Positions 8,379 to 18,561 of a stretch of 22,830 nucleotides of DNA are shown here, piece after piece. The stretch's first letter is position 1. Every line of letters begins with the position of its first letter. The notes under the pieces are model-generated. The model searched no databases and was not told where the DNA came from. It saw only the letters and a list, made by a program, of their open reading frames with translations. Where the stretch lies: IMG/VR virus record IMGVR_UViG_2663763054_000006. One strand, given 5' to 3'. This stretch comes from a virus. Lineage: Duplodnaviria > Heunggongvirae > Uroviricota > Caudoviricetes. The translations under genes and the position numbers were made by a program.

Positions 8379-8947
8379 AAACGGGTGCCGAAGCCATCCG
8401 GGCGATGGCCACACAGCTCCCTGCGTTTCGTCAGAAGCTGAGCGACGGCTGGTATCAGGTGCGTATTGCCGGGCAGGATGTTAGCACGTCCGGATTAACG
8501 GCACAGTTACATGAGGCTCTGCCTGACGGCGCTGTGATTCATATTGTTCCCAGAGTCGCCGGGGCCAAGTCAGGTGGTGTATTCCAGATTGTCCTGGGAG
8601 CAGCCGCCATTGCCGGATCATTCTTTACCGCCGGAGCCACCCTTGCAGCATGGGGGGCTGCCATTGGTGCCGGTGGTATGACCGGCATTCTGTTTTCTCT
8701 CGGTGCCAGTATGGTGCTCGGCGGTGTGGCTCAGATGCTGGCACCGAAAGCCAGAACTCCCCGCACACAGACAACGGATAACGGTAAGCAGAACACCTAT
8801 TTCTCCTCACTGGATAACATGGTTGCCCAGGGCAATGTTATGCCTGTTCTGTATGGTGAAATGCGCGTGGGGTCACGTGTGGTATCTCAGGAGATCAGCA
8901 CGGCAGACGAAGGGGACGGTGGTCAGGTTGTGGTGATTGGTCGCTGA
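8276..8947 (+). CDS. I: Tail assembly protein I, 223-aa variant with longer Gly/Ala-rich hydrophobic segment
   Basis: Same N- and C-termini as the 213-aa form; central segment differs (AAAIAGSFFTAGATLAAWGAAIGAGGMTGILFSLGASMVLGG). Confidence 0.85.
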   Translation: MAATHTLPLASPGMARICLYGDLQRFGRRIDLRVKTGAEAIRAMATQLPAFRQKLSDGWYQVRIAGQDVSTSGLTAQLHEALPDGAVIHIVPRVAGAKSGGVFQIVLGAAAIAGSFFTAGATLAAWGAAIGAGGMTGILFSLGASMVLGGVAQMLAPKARTPRTQTTDNGKQNTYFSSLDNMVAQGNVMPVLYGEMRVGSRVVSQEISTADEGDGGQVVVIGR

Positions 8948-9007
8948 TGCAAAATGTTTTATGTGAAATCGCCTCCGGGCGGTTTTATCGTTTATGGAGC
9001 ATGACGA

Positions 9008-10396
9008 ATGGGTAAAGGCAGCAGTAAGGGGCATACCCCGCGCGAAGCGAAGGACAACCTGAAGTCCACGCAGCTGCTGAGTGTGATCGATGCCATCAGC
9101 GAAGGGCCGGTTGAAGGTCCGGTGGATGGATTAAAAAGCGTGCTGCTGAACAGTACGCCGGTGCTGGACAGTGAGGGGAATACCAACATCTCCGGCGTCA
9201 CGGTGGTGTTCCGGGCAGGTGAGCAGGAGCAGTCACCGCCGGAGGGATTTGAATCCTCCGGCTCCGAGACGGTGCTGGGTACGGAAGTGAAATATGACAC
9301 GCCGATCACCCGGACCATCACGTCGGCAAACATTGACCGACTGCGTTTTACCTTCGGTGTACAGGCACTGGTGGAAACCACCTCAAAGGGAGACAGGAAT
9401 CCGTCTGAAGTTCGCCTGCTGGTTCAGATACAGCGTAACGGTGGCTGGGTGACGGAAAAAGACATCACCATTAAGGGCAAAACCACCTCGCAGTATCTGG
9501 CCTCGGTGGTGGTGGATAACCTGCCGCCGCGCCCGTTTAATATCCGGATGCGCAGAATGACGCCGGACAGCACCACAGACCAGCTGCAGAACAAAACGCT
9601 CTGGTCGTCATACACCGAAATCATCGATGTGAAACAGTGCTACCCGAACACGGCACTGGTCGGCGTACAGGTGGATTCGGAGCAGTTCGGCAGCCAGCAG
9701 GTGAGCCGTAATTATCATCTTCGCGGGCGCATTCTGCAGGTGCCGTCGAACTATAATCCGCAGACGCGGCAATACAGCGGTATCTGGGACGGAACGTTAA
9801 AACCGGCATACAGCAACAACATGGCCTGGTGTCTGTGGGATATGCTGACCCATCCGCGCTATGGCATGGGGAAACGTCTTGGTGCGGCAGATGTGGATAA
9901 ATGGGCGCTGTATGTCATCGGCCAGTACTGTGACCAGTCGGTGCCGGACGGCTTTGGCAGCACGGAGCCGCGCATCACCTGTAATGCCTGGCTGACCACA
10001 CAGCGCAAGGCGTGGGATGTGCTCAGTGATTTCTGCTCGGCGATGCGCTGTATGCCGGTATGGAACGGGCAGACGCTGACGTTCGTGCAGGACCGACAGT
10101 CGGATAAGGTGTGGGCCTATAACCGCAGTAATGTGGTGATGCCGGATGATGGCGCGCCGTTCCGCTACAGTTTCAGCGCCCTGAAAGACCGCCATAATGC
10201 CGTTGAGGTGAACTGGATTGACCCGGATAACGGTAAGCAGAACACGTATTTCTCGTCACTGGATAACATGGTTGCCCAGGGCAATGTTCTGCCCGTTCTG
10301 TACGGTGAAATGCGCGTGGGGTCACGTGTGGTTTCTCAGGAGATCAGCACGGCAGACGAAGGGGATGGTGGTCAGGTTGTGGTGATTGGTCGCTGA
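9008..10396 (+). CDS. Chimeric ORF: J aa 1-409 (distinct allele) fused in frame to the last 53 aa of I
   Basis: J sequence runs to ...NWIDPDNG, then switches to I C-terminus KQNTYFSSLDNMVAQGNV...VVVIGR at the shared 10-nt cggataacgg (10224-10233). Confidence 0.75.
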   Translation: MGKGSSKGHTPREAKDNLKSTQLLSVIDAISEGPVEGPVDGLKSVLLNSTPVLDSEGNTNISGVTVVFRAGEQEQSPPEGFESSGSETVLGTEVKYDTPITRTITSANIDRLRFTFGVQALVETTSKGDRNPSEVRLLVQIQRNGGWVTEKDITIKGKTTSQYLASVVVDNLPPRPFNIRMRRMTPDSTTDQLQNKTLWSSYTEIIDVKQCYPNTALVGVQVDSEQFGSQQVSRNYHLRGRILQVPSNYNPQTRQYSGIWDGTLKPAYSNNMAWCLWDMLTHPRYGMGKRLGAADVDKWALYVIGQYCDQSVPDGFGSTEPRITCNAWLTTQRKAWDVLSDFCSAMRCMPVWNGQTLTFVQDRQSDKVWAYNRSNVVMPDDGAPFRYSFSALKDRHNAVEVNWIDPDNGKQNTYFSSLDNMVAQGNVLPVLYGEMRVGSRVVSQEISTADEGDGGQVVVIGR

Positions 10397-10456
10397 TGCA
10401 AAATGTTTTATGTGAAACCGCCTGCGGGCGGTTTTGTCGTTTATGGAGCGTGAGGA

Positions 10457-12007
10457 ATGGGTAAAGGCAGCAGTAAGGGGCATACCCCGCGCGAAGCGAA
10501 GGACAACCTGAAATCCACGCAGTTGCTGAGTGTGATTGATGCCATCAGCGAAGGGCCGGTTGACGGTCCGGTGGATGGATTAAAAAGCGTGCTGCTGAAC
10601 GGTACGCCGGTCCTGGACAGCGAGGGGAAGACAAACTTTTCCGGTGTTACGGTGGTGTTCCGTGCAGGTGAGCAGGAGCAGACACCGCCGGAGGGTTTTG
10701 AATCCTCCGGCTCCGAGACGGTGCTGGGTACGGAAGTGAAATATGACACGCCGATCACCCGGACCATCACGTCGGCAAACATCGACCGTCTGCGCCTGAC
10801 CTTCGGTGTGCAGGCACTGGTGGAAACCACCTCAAAGGGTGACCGGAATCCGTCGGAAGTCCGCCTGCTGGTTCAGATACAGCGTAACGGTGGCTGGGTG
10901 ACGGAAAAAGACATCACCATTAAGGGCAAAACCACCTCGCAGTATCTGGCCTCGGTGGTGGTGGATAACCTGCCGCCGCGCCCGTTTAATATCCGGATGC
11001 GCAGAATGACGCCGGACAGCACCACAGACCAGCTGCAGAACAAAACGCTCTGGTCGTCATACACCGAAATCATCGATGTGAAACAGTGCTACCCGAACAC
11101 GGCACTGGTCGGCGTACAGGTGGATTCGGAGCAGTTCGGCAGCCAGCAGGTGAGCCGTAATTATCATCTTCGCGGGCGCATTCTGCAGGTGCCGTCGAAC
11201 TATAATCCGCAGACGCGGCAATACAGCGGTATCTGGGACGGAACGTTAAAACCGGCATACAGCAACAACATGGCCTGGTGTCTGTGGGATATGCTGACCC
11301 ATCCGCGCTATGGCATGGGGAAACGTCTTGGTGCGGCAGATGTGGATAAATGGGCGCTGTATGTCATCGGCCAGTACTGTGACCAGTCGGTGCCGGACGG
11401 CTTTGGCAGCACGGAGCCGCGCATCACCTGTAATGCCTGGCTGACCACACAGCGCAAGGCGTGGGATGTGCTCAGTGATTTCTGCTCGGCGATGCGCTGT
11501 ATGCCGGTATGGAACGGGCAGACGCTGACGTTCGTGCAGGACCGACAGTCGGATAAGGTGTGGGCCTATAACCGCAGTAATGTGGTGATGCCGGATGATG
11601 GCGCGCCGTTCCGCTACAGTTTCAGCGCCCTGAAAGACCGCCATAATGCCGTTGAGGTGAACTGGATTGACCCGGATAACGGCTGGGAGACGGCGACAGA
11701 GCTTGTGGAGGATACGCAGGCCATTGTCCGTTACGGTCGTAACGTCACGAAGATGGATGCCTTTGGCTGTACCAGCCGGGGGCAGGCACACCGCGCCGGG
11801 CTGTGGCTGATTAAAACGGAACTGCTGGAGACGCAGACCGTGGATTTCAGCGTGGGTGCTGAAGGGCTTCGTCATGTACCGGGCGATGTCATTGAAATCT
11901 GCGATGATGACTATGCCGGTATCCGCACCGGCGGGCGCGTGCTGGCGGTGAACAGCCAGACCCGGACGCTGACGCTCGACCGTGAAATCACGCTGCCATC
12001 CTCCGGC
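10457..12007 (+). CDS. J: J fragment (aa 1-517), ends at the N-marked junction at 12008
   Basis: Colinear J to ...[10 protein letters not shown], then N and a frame-shifted restart of J at aa 115. Confidence 0.8.
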
Positions 12008-12008
12008 N

Positions 12009-15000
12009 ACCTTCGGTGTGCAGGCACTGGTGGAAACCACCTCAAAGGGTGACCGGAATCCGTCGGAAGTCCGCCTGCTGGTTCAGATACAGCGTAACGG
12101 TGGCTGGGTGACGGAAAAAGACATCACCATTAAGGGCAAAACCACTTCGCAGTATCTGGCCTCGGTGGTGGTGGGTAACCTGCCGCCGCGCCCGTTTAAT
12201 ATCCGGATGCGCAGGATGACACCGGACAGCACCACAGACCAGCTGCAGAACAAAACGCTCTGGTCGTCGTACACCGAAATCATCGATGTGAAACAGTGCT
12301 ACCCGAACACGGCGCTGGTCGGCGTGCAGGTGGATTCAGAGCAGTTCGGTAACCAGCAGGTGAGTCGCAATTATCATCTTCGCGGGCGCATTCTGCAGGT
12401 GCCGTCGAACTATAACCCGCAGACGCGGCAATACAGCGGTATCTGGGACGGAACGCTTAAGCCAGCATACAGCAACAACATGGCCTGGTGTCTGTGGGAC
12501 ATGCTCACTCATCCGCGCTACGGCATGGGGAAACGTCTTGGTGCGGCAGATGTGGACAAATGGGCGCTGTATGTCATCGGCCAGTACTGCGACCAGTCAG
12601 TGACGGACGGATTTGGCGGCACGGAGCCGCGCATCACCTGTAACTCTTACCTGACCACACAGCGTAAGGCGTGGGATGTTCTCAGTGATTTCTGCTCGGC
12701 GATGCGCTGTATGCCGGTATGGAACGGGCAGACGCTGACGTTCGTGCAGGACCGACAGTCGGATAAGGTGTGGGCCTATAACCGCAGTAATGTGGTGATG
12801 CCGGATGATGGCGCGCCGTTCCGCTACAGTTTCAGCGCCCTGAAAGACCGCCATAATGCCGTTGAGGTGAACTGGATTGACCCAGATAACGGCTGGGAGA
12901 CGGCGACAGAGCTTGTGGAGGATACGCAGGCCATTGTCCGTTACGGTCGTAACGTCACGAAGATGGATGCCTTTGGCTGTACCAGCCGGGGGCAGGCACA
13001 CCGCGCCGGGCTGTGGCTGATTAAAACGGAACTGCTGGAAACGCAGACCGTGGACTTCAGCGTGGGCGCAGAAGGGCTTCGCCATGTACCGGGTGATGTC
13101 ATTGAAATCTGCGATGATGATTATGCCGGTATCAGCACCGGTGGTCGCGTACTGGCGGTGAACAGCCAGACCCGGACGCTGACGCTCGACCGTGAAATCA
13201 CGCTGCCATCCTCCGGCACCACGCTGATAAGCCTGGTTGACGGGCAGGGGAATCCGGTCAGCGTGGAGGTCCAGTCCGTCACCGACGGCGTGAAGGTAAA
13301 AGTGAGCCGTGTTCCTGACGGTGTTGCTGAATACAGCGTGTGGGGGCTGAAGCTGCCGACGCTGCACCAGCGATTGTTCCGCTGCGTGAGTATCCGTGAG
13401 AACGACGACGGCACGTATGCCATCACCGCCGTGCAGCATGTGCCGGAAAAAGAAGCCATCGTGGATAACGGGGCGCACTTTGACGGCGACCAGAGCGGCA
13501 CGGTGAATGGTGTCACGCCGCCAGCGGTGCAGCACCTGACTGCCGAAGTCACCGCAGACAGCGGGGAATATCAGGTGCTGGCGCGCTGGGACACGCCGAA
13601 GGTGGTGAAGGGCGTGAGCTTCCTGCTCCGTCTGACCGTAACAGCGGATGACGGCAGTGAGCGGCTGGTCAGCACGGCCCGGACGACGGAAACCACTTAC
13701 CGCTTCACACAACTGGCGCTGGGGAACTACAGGCTGACAGTCCGGGCAGTAAATGCGTGGGGGCAGCAGGGCGATCCGGCGTCGGTATCGTTCCGGATTG
13801 CCGCACCGGCAGCGCTGTCGCGGATTGAGCTGACGCCGGGCTATTTTCAGATAACCGCCACGCCGCATCTTGCGGTTTATGATCCGACGGTACAGTTTGA
13901 GTTCTGGTTCTCGGAAAAGCGGATTGCGGATATCAGGCAGGTTGAAACCACAGCACGCTATCTTGGCACGGCGCTGTACTGGATAGCCGCCAGTATCAAT
14001 ATCAAACCGGGCCATGATTATTACTTTTATATCCGCAGTGTGAACACCGTTGGCAAATCGGCATTCGTGGAGGCTGTTGGTCAGCCGAGTGATGATGCAT
14101 CCGGTTATCTGGATTTTTTCAAAGGCGAGATAGGGAAAACCCATCTGGCTCAGGAGCTGTGGACGCAGATTGATAACGGTCAGCTTGCGCCTGACCTGGC
14201 TGAAATCAGGACGTCCATTACGGATGTCAGCAATGAAATCACGCAGACCGTGGATTTCAGCGTGGGTGCTGAAGGGCTTCGTCATGTACCGGGCGATGTC
14301 ATTGAAATCTGCGATGATGACTATGCCGGTATCCGCACCGGCGGGCGCGTGCTGGCGGTGAACAGCCAGACCCGGACGCTGACGCTCGACCGTGAAATCA
14401 CGCTGCCGTCCTCCGGTACCACGCTGATAAGCCTGGTTGACGGAAGTGGCAATCCGGTCAGCGTGGAGGTCCAGTCCGTCACCGACGGCGTGAAGGTAAA
14501 AGTGAGCCGTGTTCCTGACGGTGTTGCTGAATACAGCGTGTGGGGGCTGAAGCTGCCGACGCTGCACCAGCGATTGTTCCGCTGCGTGAGTATCCGTGAG
14601 AACGACGACGGCACGTATGCCATCACCGCCGTGCAGCATGTGCCGGAAAAAGAGGCCATCGTGGATAACGGGGCACACTTTGACGGTGACCGGCGCGGCA
14701 CGGTGAATGGTGTCACGCCGCCAGCGGTGCAGCACCTGACTGCCGAAGTCACCGCAGACAGCGGGGAATATCAGGTGCTGGCGCGATGGGACACGCCGAA
14801 GGTGGTGAAGGGTGTGAGCTTCCTGCTCCGTCTGACCGTAACAGCGGATGACGGCAGTGAGCGGCTGGTCAGCACGGCCCGGACGACGGAAACCACTTAC
14901 CGCTTCACACAACTGGCGCTGGGGAACTACAGGCTGACAGTCCGGGCAGTAAATGCGTGGGGGCAGCAGGGCGATCCGGCGTCGGTATCGTTCCGGATTG

Positions 15001-18000
15001 CCGCACCGGCAGCGCTGTCGCGGATTGAGCTGACGCCGGGCTATTTTCAGATAACCGCCACGCCGCATCTTGCGGTTTATGATCCGACGGTACAGTTTGA
15101 GTTCTGGTTCTCGGAAAAGCGGATTGCGGATATCAGGCAGGTTGAAACCACAGCACGCTATCTTGGCACGGCGCTGTACTGGATAGCCGCCAGTATCAAT
15201 ATCAAACCGGGCCATGATTATTACTTTTATATCCGCAGTGTGAACACCGTTGGCAAATCGGCATTCGTGGAGGCTGTTGGTCAGCCGAGTGATGATGCAT
15301 CCGGTTATCTGGATTTTTTCAAAGGCGAGATAGGGAAAACCCATCTGGCTCAGGAGCTGTGGACGCAGATTGATAACGGTCAGCTTGCGCCTGACCTGGC
15401 TGAAATCAGGACGTCCATTACGGATGTCAGCAATGAAATCACGCAGACCGTCAATAAGAAACTGGAAGACCAGAGTGCGGCAATTCAGCAGATACAGAAG
15501 GTTCAGGTTGATACAAATAATAACCTGAACAGCATGTGGGCTGTGAAGCTGCAGCAGATGCAGGACGGACGCCTTTATATCGCGGGTATTGGTGCCGGTA
15601 TTGAGAACACCCCTGACGGCATGCAGAGTCAGGTGCTGCTGGCGGCGGACAGGATTGCGATGGTTAATCCTGCGAATGGCAACACAAAACCGATGTTTGT
15701 TGGTCAGGGCGATCAGATATTCATGAACGACGTGTTCCTGAAACGCCTGACGGCCCCCACCATTACCAGCGGTGGAAATCCATCGGCATTTTCCCTGACT
15801 CCGGACGGAAAGCTGACCGCTAAAAATGCGGATATCAGTGGCAGTGTGAATGCGAACGCCGGGACGCTCAACAATGTCACGGTAAATGAAAACTGTACGA
15901 TTAAGGGCATGCTGGAGGCGACNTGGGAGACGGCGACAGAGCTTGTGGAGGATACGCAGGCCATTGCCCGTTACGGTCGTAATGTCACGAAGATGGATGC
16001 CTTTGGCTGTACCAGCCGGGGGCAGGCACACCGAGCCGGGCTGTGGCTGATTAAAACGGAACTGCTGGAAACGCAGACCGTGGACTTCAGCGTGGGCGCA
16101 GAAGGGCTTCGCCATGTACCGGGTGATGTCATTGAAATCTGCGATGATGATTATGCCGGTATCAGCACCGGTGGTCGCGTACTGGCGGTGAACAGCCAGA
16201 CCCGGACGCTGACGCTCGACCGTGAAATCACGCTGCCGTCCTCCGGTACCACGCTGATAAGCCTGGTTGACGGAAGTGGCAATCCGGTCAGCGTGGAGGT
16301 CCAGTCCGTCACCGACGGCGTGAAGGTGAAAGTGAGCCGGGTTCCTGACGGCGTTGCAGAATACAGCGTGTGGGGGCTGAAGCTGCCGACGCTGCGCCAG
16401 CGTCTGTTCCGCTGCGTGAGTATCCGTGAGAACGACGACGGCACGTATGCCATCACCGCCGTGCAGCATGTGCCGGAAAAAGAGGCCATCGTGGATAACG
16501 GGGCACACTTTGACGGTGACCGGCGCGGCACGGTGAATGGTGTCACGCCGCCAGCGGTGCAGCATCTGACCGCCGAAGTCACCGCAGACAGCGGGGAATA
16601 TCAGGTGCTGGCGCGATGGGACACGCCGAAGGTGGTGAAGGGTGTGAGCTTCCTGCTTCGCCTGACCGTGGCAGCGGACGACGGCAGTGAGCGGCTGGTC
16701 AGCACAGCCAGGACGACGGAAACCACATACCGCTTCAGGCAGCTGGCGCTGGGGAATTACAGTCTGACAGTCCGGGCGGTAAATGCCCGGGGGCAGCAGG
16801 GCGATCCGGCGTCGGTATCGTTCCGGATTGCCGCACCGGCAGCGCTGTCGCGGATTGAGCTGACGCCGGGCTATTTTCAGATAACCGCCACGCCGCATCT
16901 TGCGGTTTATGATCCGACGGTACAGTTTGAGTTCTGGTTCTCGGAAAAGCGGATTGCGGATATCAGGCAGGTTGAAACCACAGCACGCTATCTTGGCACG
17001 GCGCTGTACTGGATAGCCGCCAGTATCAATATCAGGCCGGGCCATGATTATTATTTTTACGTTCGCAGTGTGAACACCGTTGGCAAATCGGCATTTGTGG
17101 AGGCCATCGGTCGGGCGAGCGATGATGCAGAAGGTTATCTGAATTTTTATAAAGGGTTGATCAATAAAACGCATCTCGGCAAGGAGTTGTGGACGCAGAT
17201 TGATAACGGTCAGCTTGCGCCTGACCTGGCTGAAATCAGGACGTCCATTACGGATGTCAGCAATGAAATCACGCAGACCGTCAATAAGAAACTGGAAGAC
17301 CAGAGTGCGGCAATTCAGCAGATACAGAAGGTTCAGGTTGATACAAATAATAACCTGAACAGCATGTGGGCTGTGAAGCTGCAGCAGATGCAGGACGGAC
17401 GCCTTTATATCGCGGGTATTGGTGCCGGTATTGAGAACACCCCTGACGGCATGCAGAGTCAGGTGCTGCTGGCGGCGGACAGGATTGCGATGGTTAATCC
17501 TGCGAATGGCAACACAAAACCGATGTTTGTTGGTCAGGGCGATCAGATATTCATGAACGACGTGTTCCTGAAACGCCTGACGGCCCCCACCATTACCAGC
17601 GGTGGAAATCCATCGGCATTTTCCCTGACTCCGGACGGAAAGCTGACCGCTAAAAATGCGGATATCAGTGGCAGTGTGAATGCGAACGCCGGGACGCTCA
17701 ACAATGTCACGGTAAATGAAAACTGTACGATTAAGGGCATGCTGGAGGCGACTCAGGTCAGAGGTGACTTCGTTAAAGCTGTATCCAAATCATTTCCGAA
17801 ACAGGCTGGTACGTGGGGTAACACGGAAACACCAAACGGGACGGTTACAGTCACCATAAGCGATGATCATAACTTTGACCGCCAGATTATTATTCCGCCC
17901 ATTATTTTTAACGGTATAGCGTATGACGATCCGGGGAGCGGAAATAACCCAGGAGGCACGCGATACACGGGTTATGGTTTTGAAGTTCGCAAAAACGGCG

Positions 18001-18194
18001 TATTAATCGCATCCAGAGAAACTAAAGGTGCCATTCCCGGTAGTTACAGTGCAGTTATTGATATGCCTAGTGGTGGTGGTAGCGTCACTCTGGAGTTTAA
18101 GATTTTCCAGAAAGGCAATCAGGGGGCAGGCAATATCACCGACTGTACGGTGATTGTGACCAAAAAAGCGGCTTCCGGCATCAGTATTCGTTGA
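12009..18194 (+). CDS. J: Rearranged J: aa 115 to about 1010, then aa 463 to about 1120, then aa 410 to the C-terminus (2070-aa ORF; native J inferred at about 1165 aa)
   Basis: Blocks such as [26 protein letters not shown] and the FN3-like segment [33 protein letters not shown] occur three times in this ORF. Internal junctions at 14241-14251 (microhomology) and N at 15923. Ends ...[15 protein letters not shown]. Confidence 0.7.
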   Translation, partial: TFGVQALVETTSKGDRNPSEVRLLVQIQRNGGWVTEKDITIKGKTTSQYLASVVVGNLPPRPFNIRMRRMTPDSTTDQLQNKTLWSSYTEIIDVKQCYPNTALVGVQVDSEQFGNQQVSRNYHLRGRILQVPSNYNPQTRQYSGIWDGTLKPAYSNNMAWCLWDMLTHPRYGMGKRLGAADVDKWALYVIGQYCDQSVTDGFGGTEPRITCNSYLTTQRKAWDVLSDFCSAMRCMPVWNGQTLTFVQDRQSDKVWAYNRSNVVMPDDGAPFRYSFSALKDRHNAVEVNWIDPDNGWETATELVEDTQAIVRYGRNVTKMDAFGCTSRGQAHRAGLWLIKTELLETQTVDFSVGAEGLRHVPGDVIEICDDDYAGISTGGRVLAVNSQTRTLTLDREITLPSSGTTLISLVDGQGNPVSVEVQSVTDGVKVKVSRVPDGVAEYSVWGLKLPTLHQRLFRCVSIRENDDGTYAITAVQHVPEKEAIVDNGAHFDGDQSGTVNGVTPPAVQHLTAEVTADSGEYQVLARWDTPKVVKGVSFLLRLTVTADDGSERLVSTARTTETTYRFTQLALGNYRLTVRAVNAWGQQGDPASVSFRIAAPAALSRIELTPGYFQITATPHLAVYDPTVQFEFWFSEKRIADIRQVETTARYLGTALYWIAASINIKPGHDYYFYIRSVNTVGKSAFVEAVGQPSDDASGYLDFFKGEIGKTHLAQELWTQIDNGQLAPDLAEIRTSITDVSNEITQTVDFSVGAEGLRHVPGDVIEICDDDYAGIRTGGRVLAVNSQTRTLTLDREITLPSSGTTLISLVDGSGNPVSVEVQSVTDGVKVKVSRVPDGVAEYSVWGLKLPTLHQRLFRCVSIRENDDGTYAITAVQHVPEKEAIVDNGAHFDGDRRGTVNGVTPPAVQHLTAEVTADSGEYQVLARWDTPKVVKGVSFLLRLTVTADDGSERLVSTARTTETTYRFTQLALGNYRLTVRAVNAWGQQGDPASVSFRIAAPAALSRIELTPGYFQITATPHLAVYDPTVQFEFWFSEKRIADIRQVETTARYLGTALYWIAASINIKPGHDYYFYIRSVNTVGKSAFVEAVGQPSDDASGYLDFFKGEIGKTHLAQELWTQIDNGQLAPDLAEIRTSITDVSNEITQTVNKKLEDQSAAIQQIQKVQVDTNNNLNSMWAVKLQQMQDGRLYIAGIGAGIENTPDGMQSQVLLAADRIAMVNPANGNTKPMFVGQGDQIFMNDVFLKRLTAPTITSGGNPSAFSLTPDGKLTAKNADISGSVNANAGTLNNVTVNENCTIKGMLEAXWETATELVEDTQAIARYGRNVTKMDAFGCTSRGQAHRAGLWLIKTELLETQTVDFSVGAEGLRHVPGDVIEICDDDYAGISTGGRVLAVNSQTRTLTLDREITLPSSGTTLISLVDGSGNPVSVEVQSVTDGVKVKVSRVPDGVAEYSVWGLKLPTLRQRLFRCVSIRENDDGTYAITAVQHVPEKEAIVDNGAHFDGDRRGTVNGVTPPAVQHLTAEVTADSGEYQVLARWDTPKVVKGVSFLLRLTVAADDGSERLVSTARTTETTYRFRQLALGNYSLTVRAVNARGQQGDPASVSFRIAAPAALSRIELTPGYFQITATPHLAVYDPTVQFEFWFSEKRIADIRQVETTARYLGTALYWIAASINIRPGHDYYFYVRSVNTVGKSAFVEAIGRASDDAEGYLNFYKGLINKTHLGKELWTQIDNGQLAPDLAEIRTSITDVSNEITQTVNKKLEDQSAAIQQIQKVQVDTNNNLNSMWAVKLQQMQDGRLYIAGIGAGIENTPDGMQSQVLLAADRIAMVNPANGNTKPMFVGQGDQIFMNDVFLKRLTAPTITSGGNPSAFSLTPDGKLTAKNADISGSVNANAGTLNNVTVNENCTIKGMLEATQVRGDFVKAVSKSFPKQAGTWGNTETPNGTVTVTISDDHNFDRQIIIPPIIFNGIAYDDPGSGNNPGGTRYTGYGFEVRKNGVLIASRETKGAIPGSYSAVIDMPSGGGSVTLEFKIFQKGNQGAGNITDCTVIVTKKAASGISIR

Positions 18195-18216
18195 AATATT
18201 TATAACCCCAATAAAT

Positions 18217-18243
18217 GGCGTCAGGAATGACGCCTTTTTTATT
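18217..18243 (+). terminator. Rho-independent terminator after J (GGCGTCA-GGAA-TGACGCC plus TTTTTTATT)
   Basis: Perfect 7-bp GC-rich stem with a 4-nt loop followed by a T-run, 23 nt after the J stop. Confidence 0.7.
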
Positions 18244-18264
18244 GCAGAAAAGCGAGAGGTAATT

Positions 18265-18558
18265 ATGCGTAAAGTTTGTGCAGCCATTTTGTCCGCAGCC
18301 ATTTGCCTGGCCGTATCCGGTGCGCCTGCATGGGCGTCTGAACATCAGTCCACGCTGAGCGCGGGGTATCTTCATGCCCGGACCAACGTTCCCGGCAGTG
18401 ATGATCTGAACGGGATTAACGTGAAATACCGTTATGAGTTTACGGATACGCTGGGGCTGGTGACGTCATTCAGCTATGCAGGAGACAAGAATCGCCAGCT
18501 GACCCGTTACAGCGATACCCGCTGGCATGAAGATTCCGTGCGTAACCGCTGGTTCAGC
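18265..18558 (+). CDS. lom: Lom-family outer membrane protein (Ail/Lom/OmpX-like), N-terminal 98 aa, fused at the N to J
   Basis: Signal peptide MRKVCAAILSAAICLAVSGAPAWA followed by SE; family motifs GINVKYRYEFTD and SFSYAGD. GAGAGG SD upstream. Position directly after J, as in lambda. Confidence 0.8.
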
Positions 18559-18561
18559 GNG

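Noticed and set aside
11982-12008. Apparent Met start (MKSRCHPP) of the 2070-aa ORF
   Set aside because: It lies in out-of-frame J sequence immediately before the N at 12008 and is a by-product of the breakpoint, not a real translation start.
12597-17174. 1525-aa ORF on the minus strand, antisense to J (also 11246-12040, 18466-19653, 20843-21775 and several about 143-aa minus-strand ORFs)
   Set aside because: Entirely antisense to well-supported J coding sequence. The composition is Arg/Pro/Gly/Cys-rich low-complexity sequence typical of stop-free antisense frames in GC-rich genes. Its length is inflated by the same internal duplications as J.
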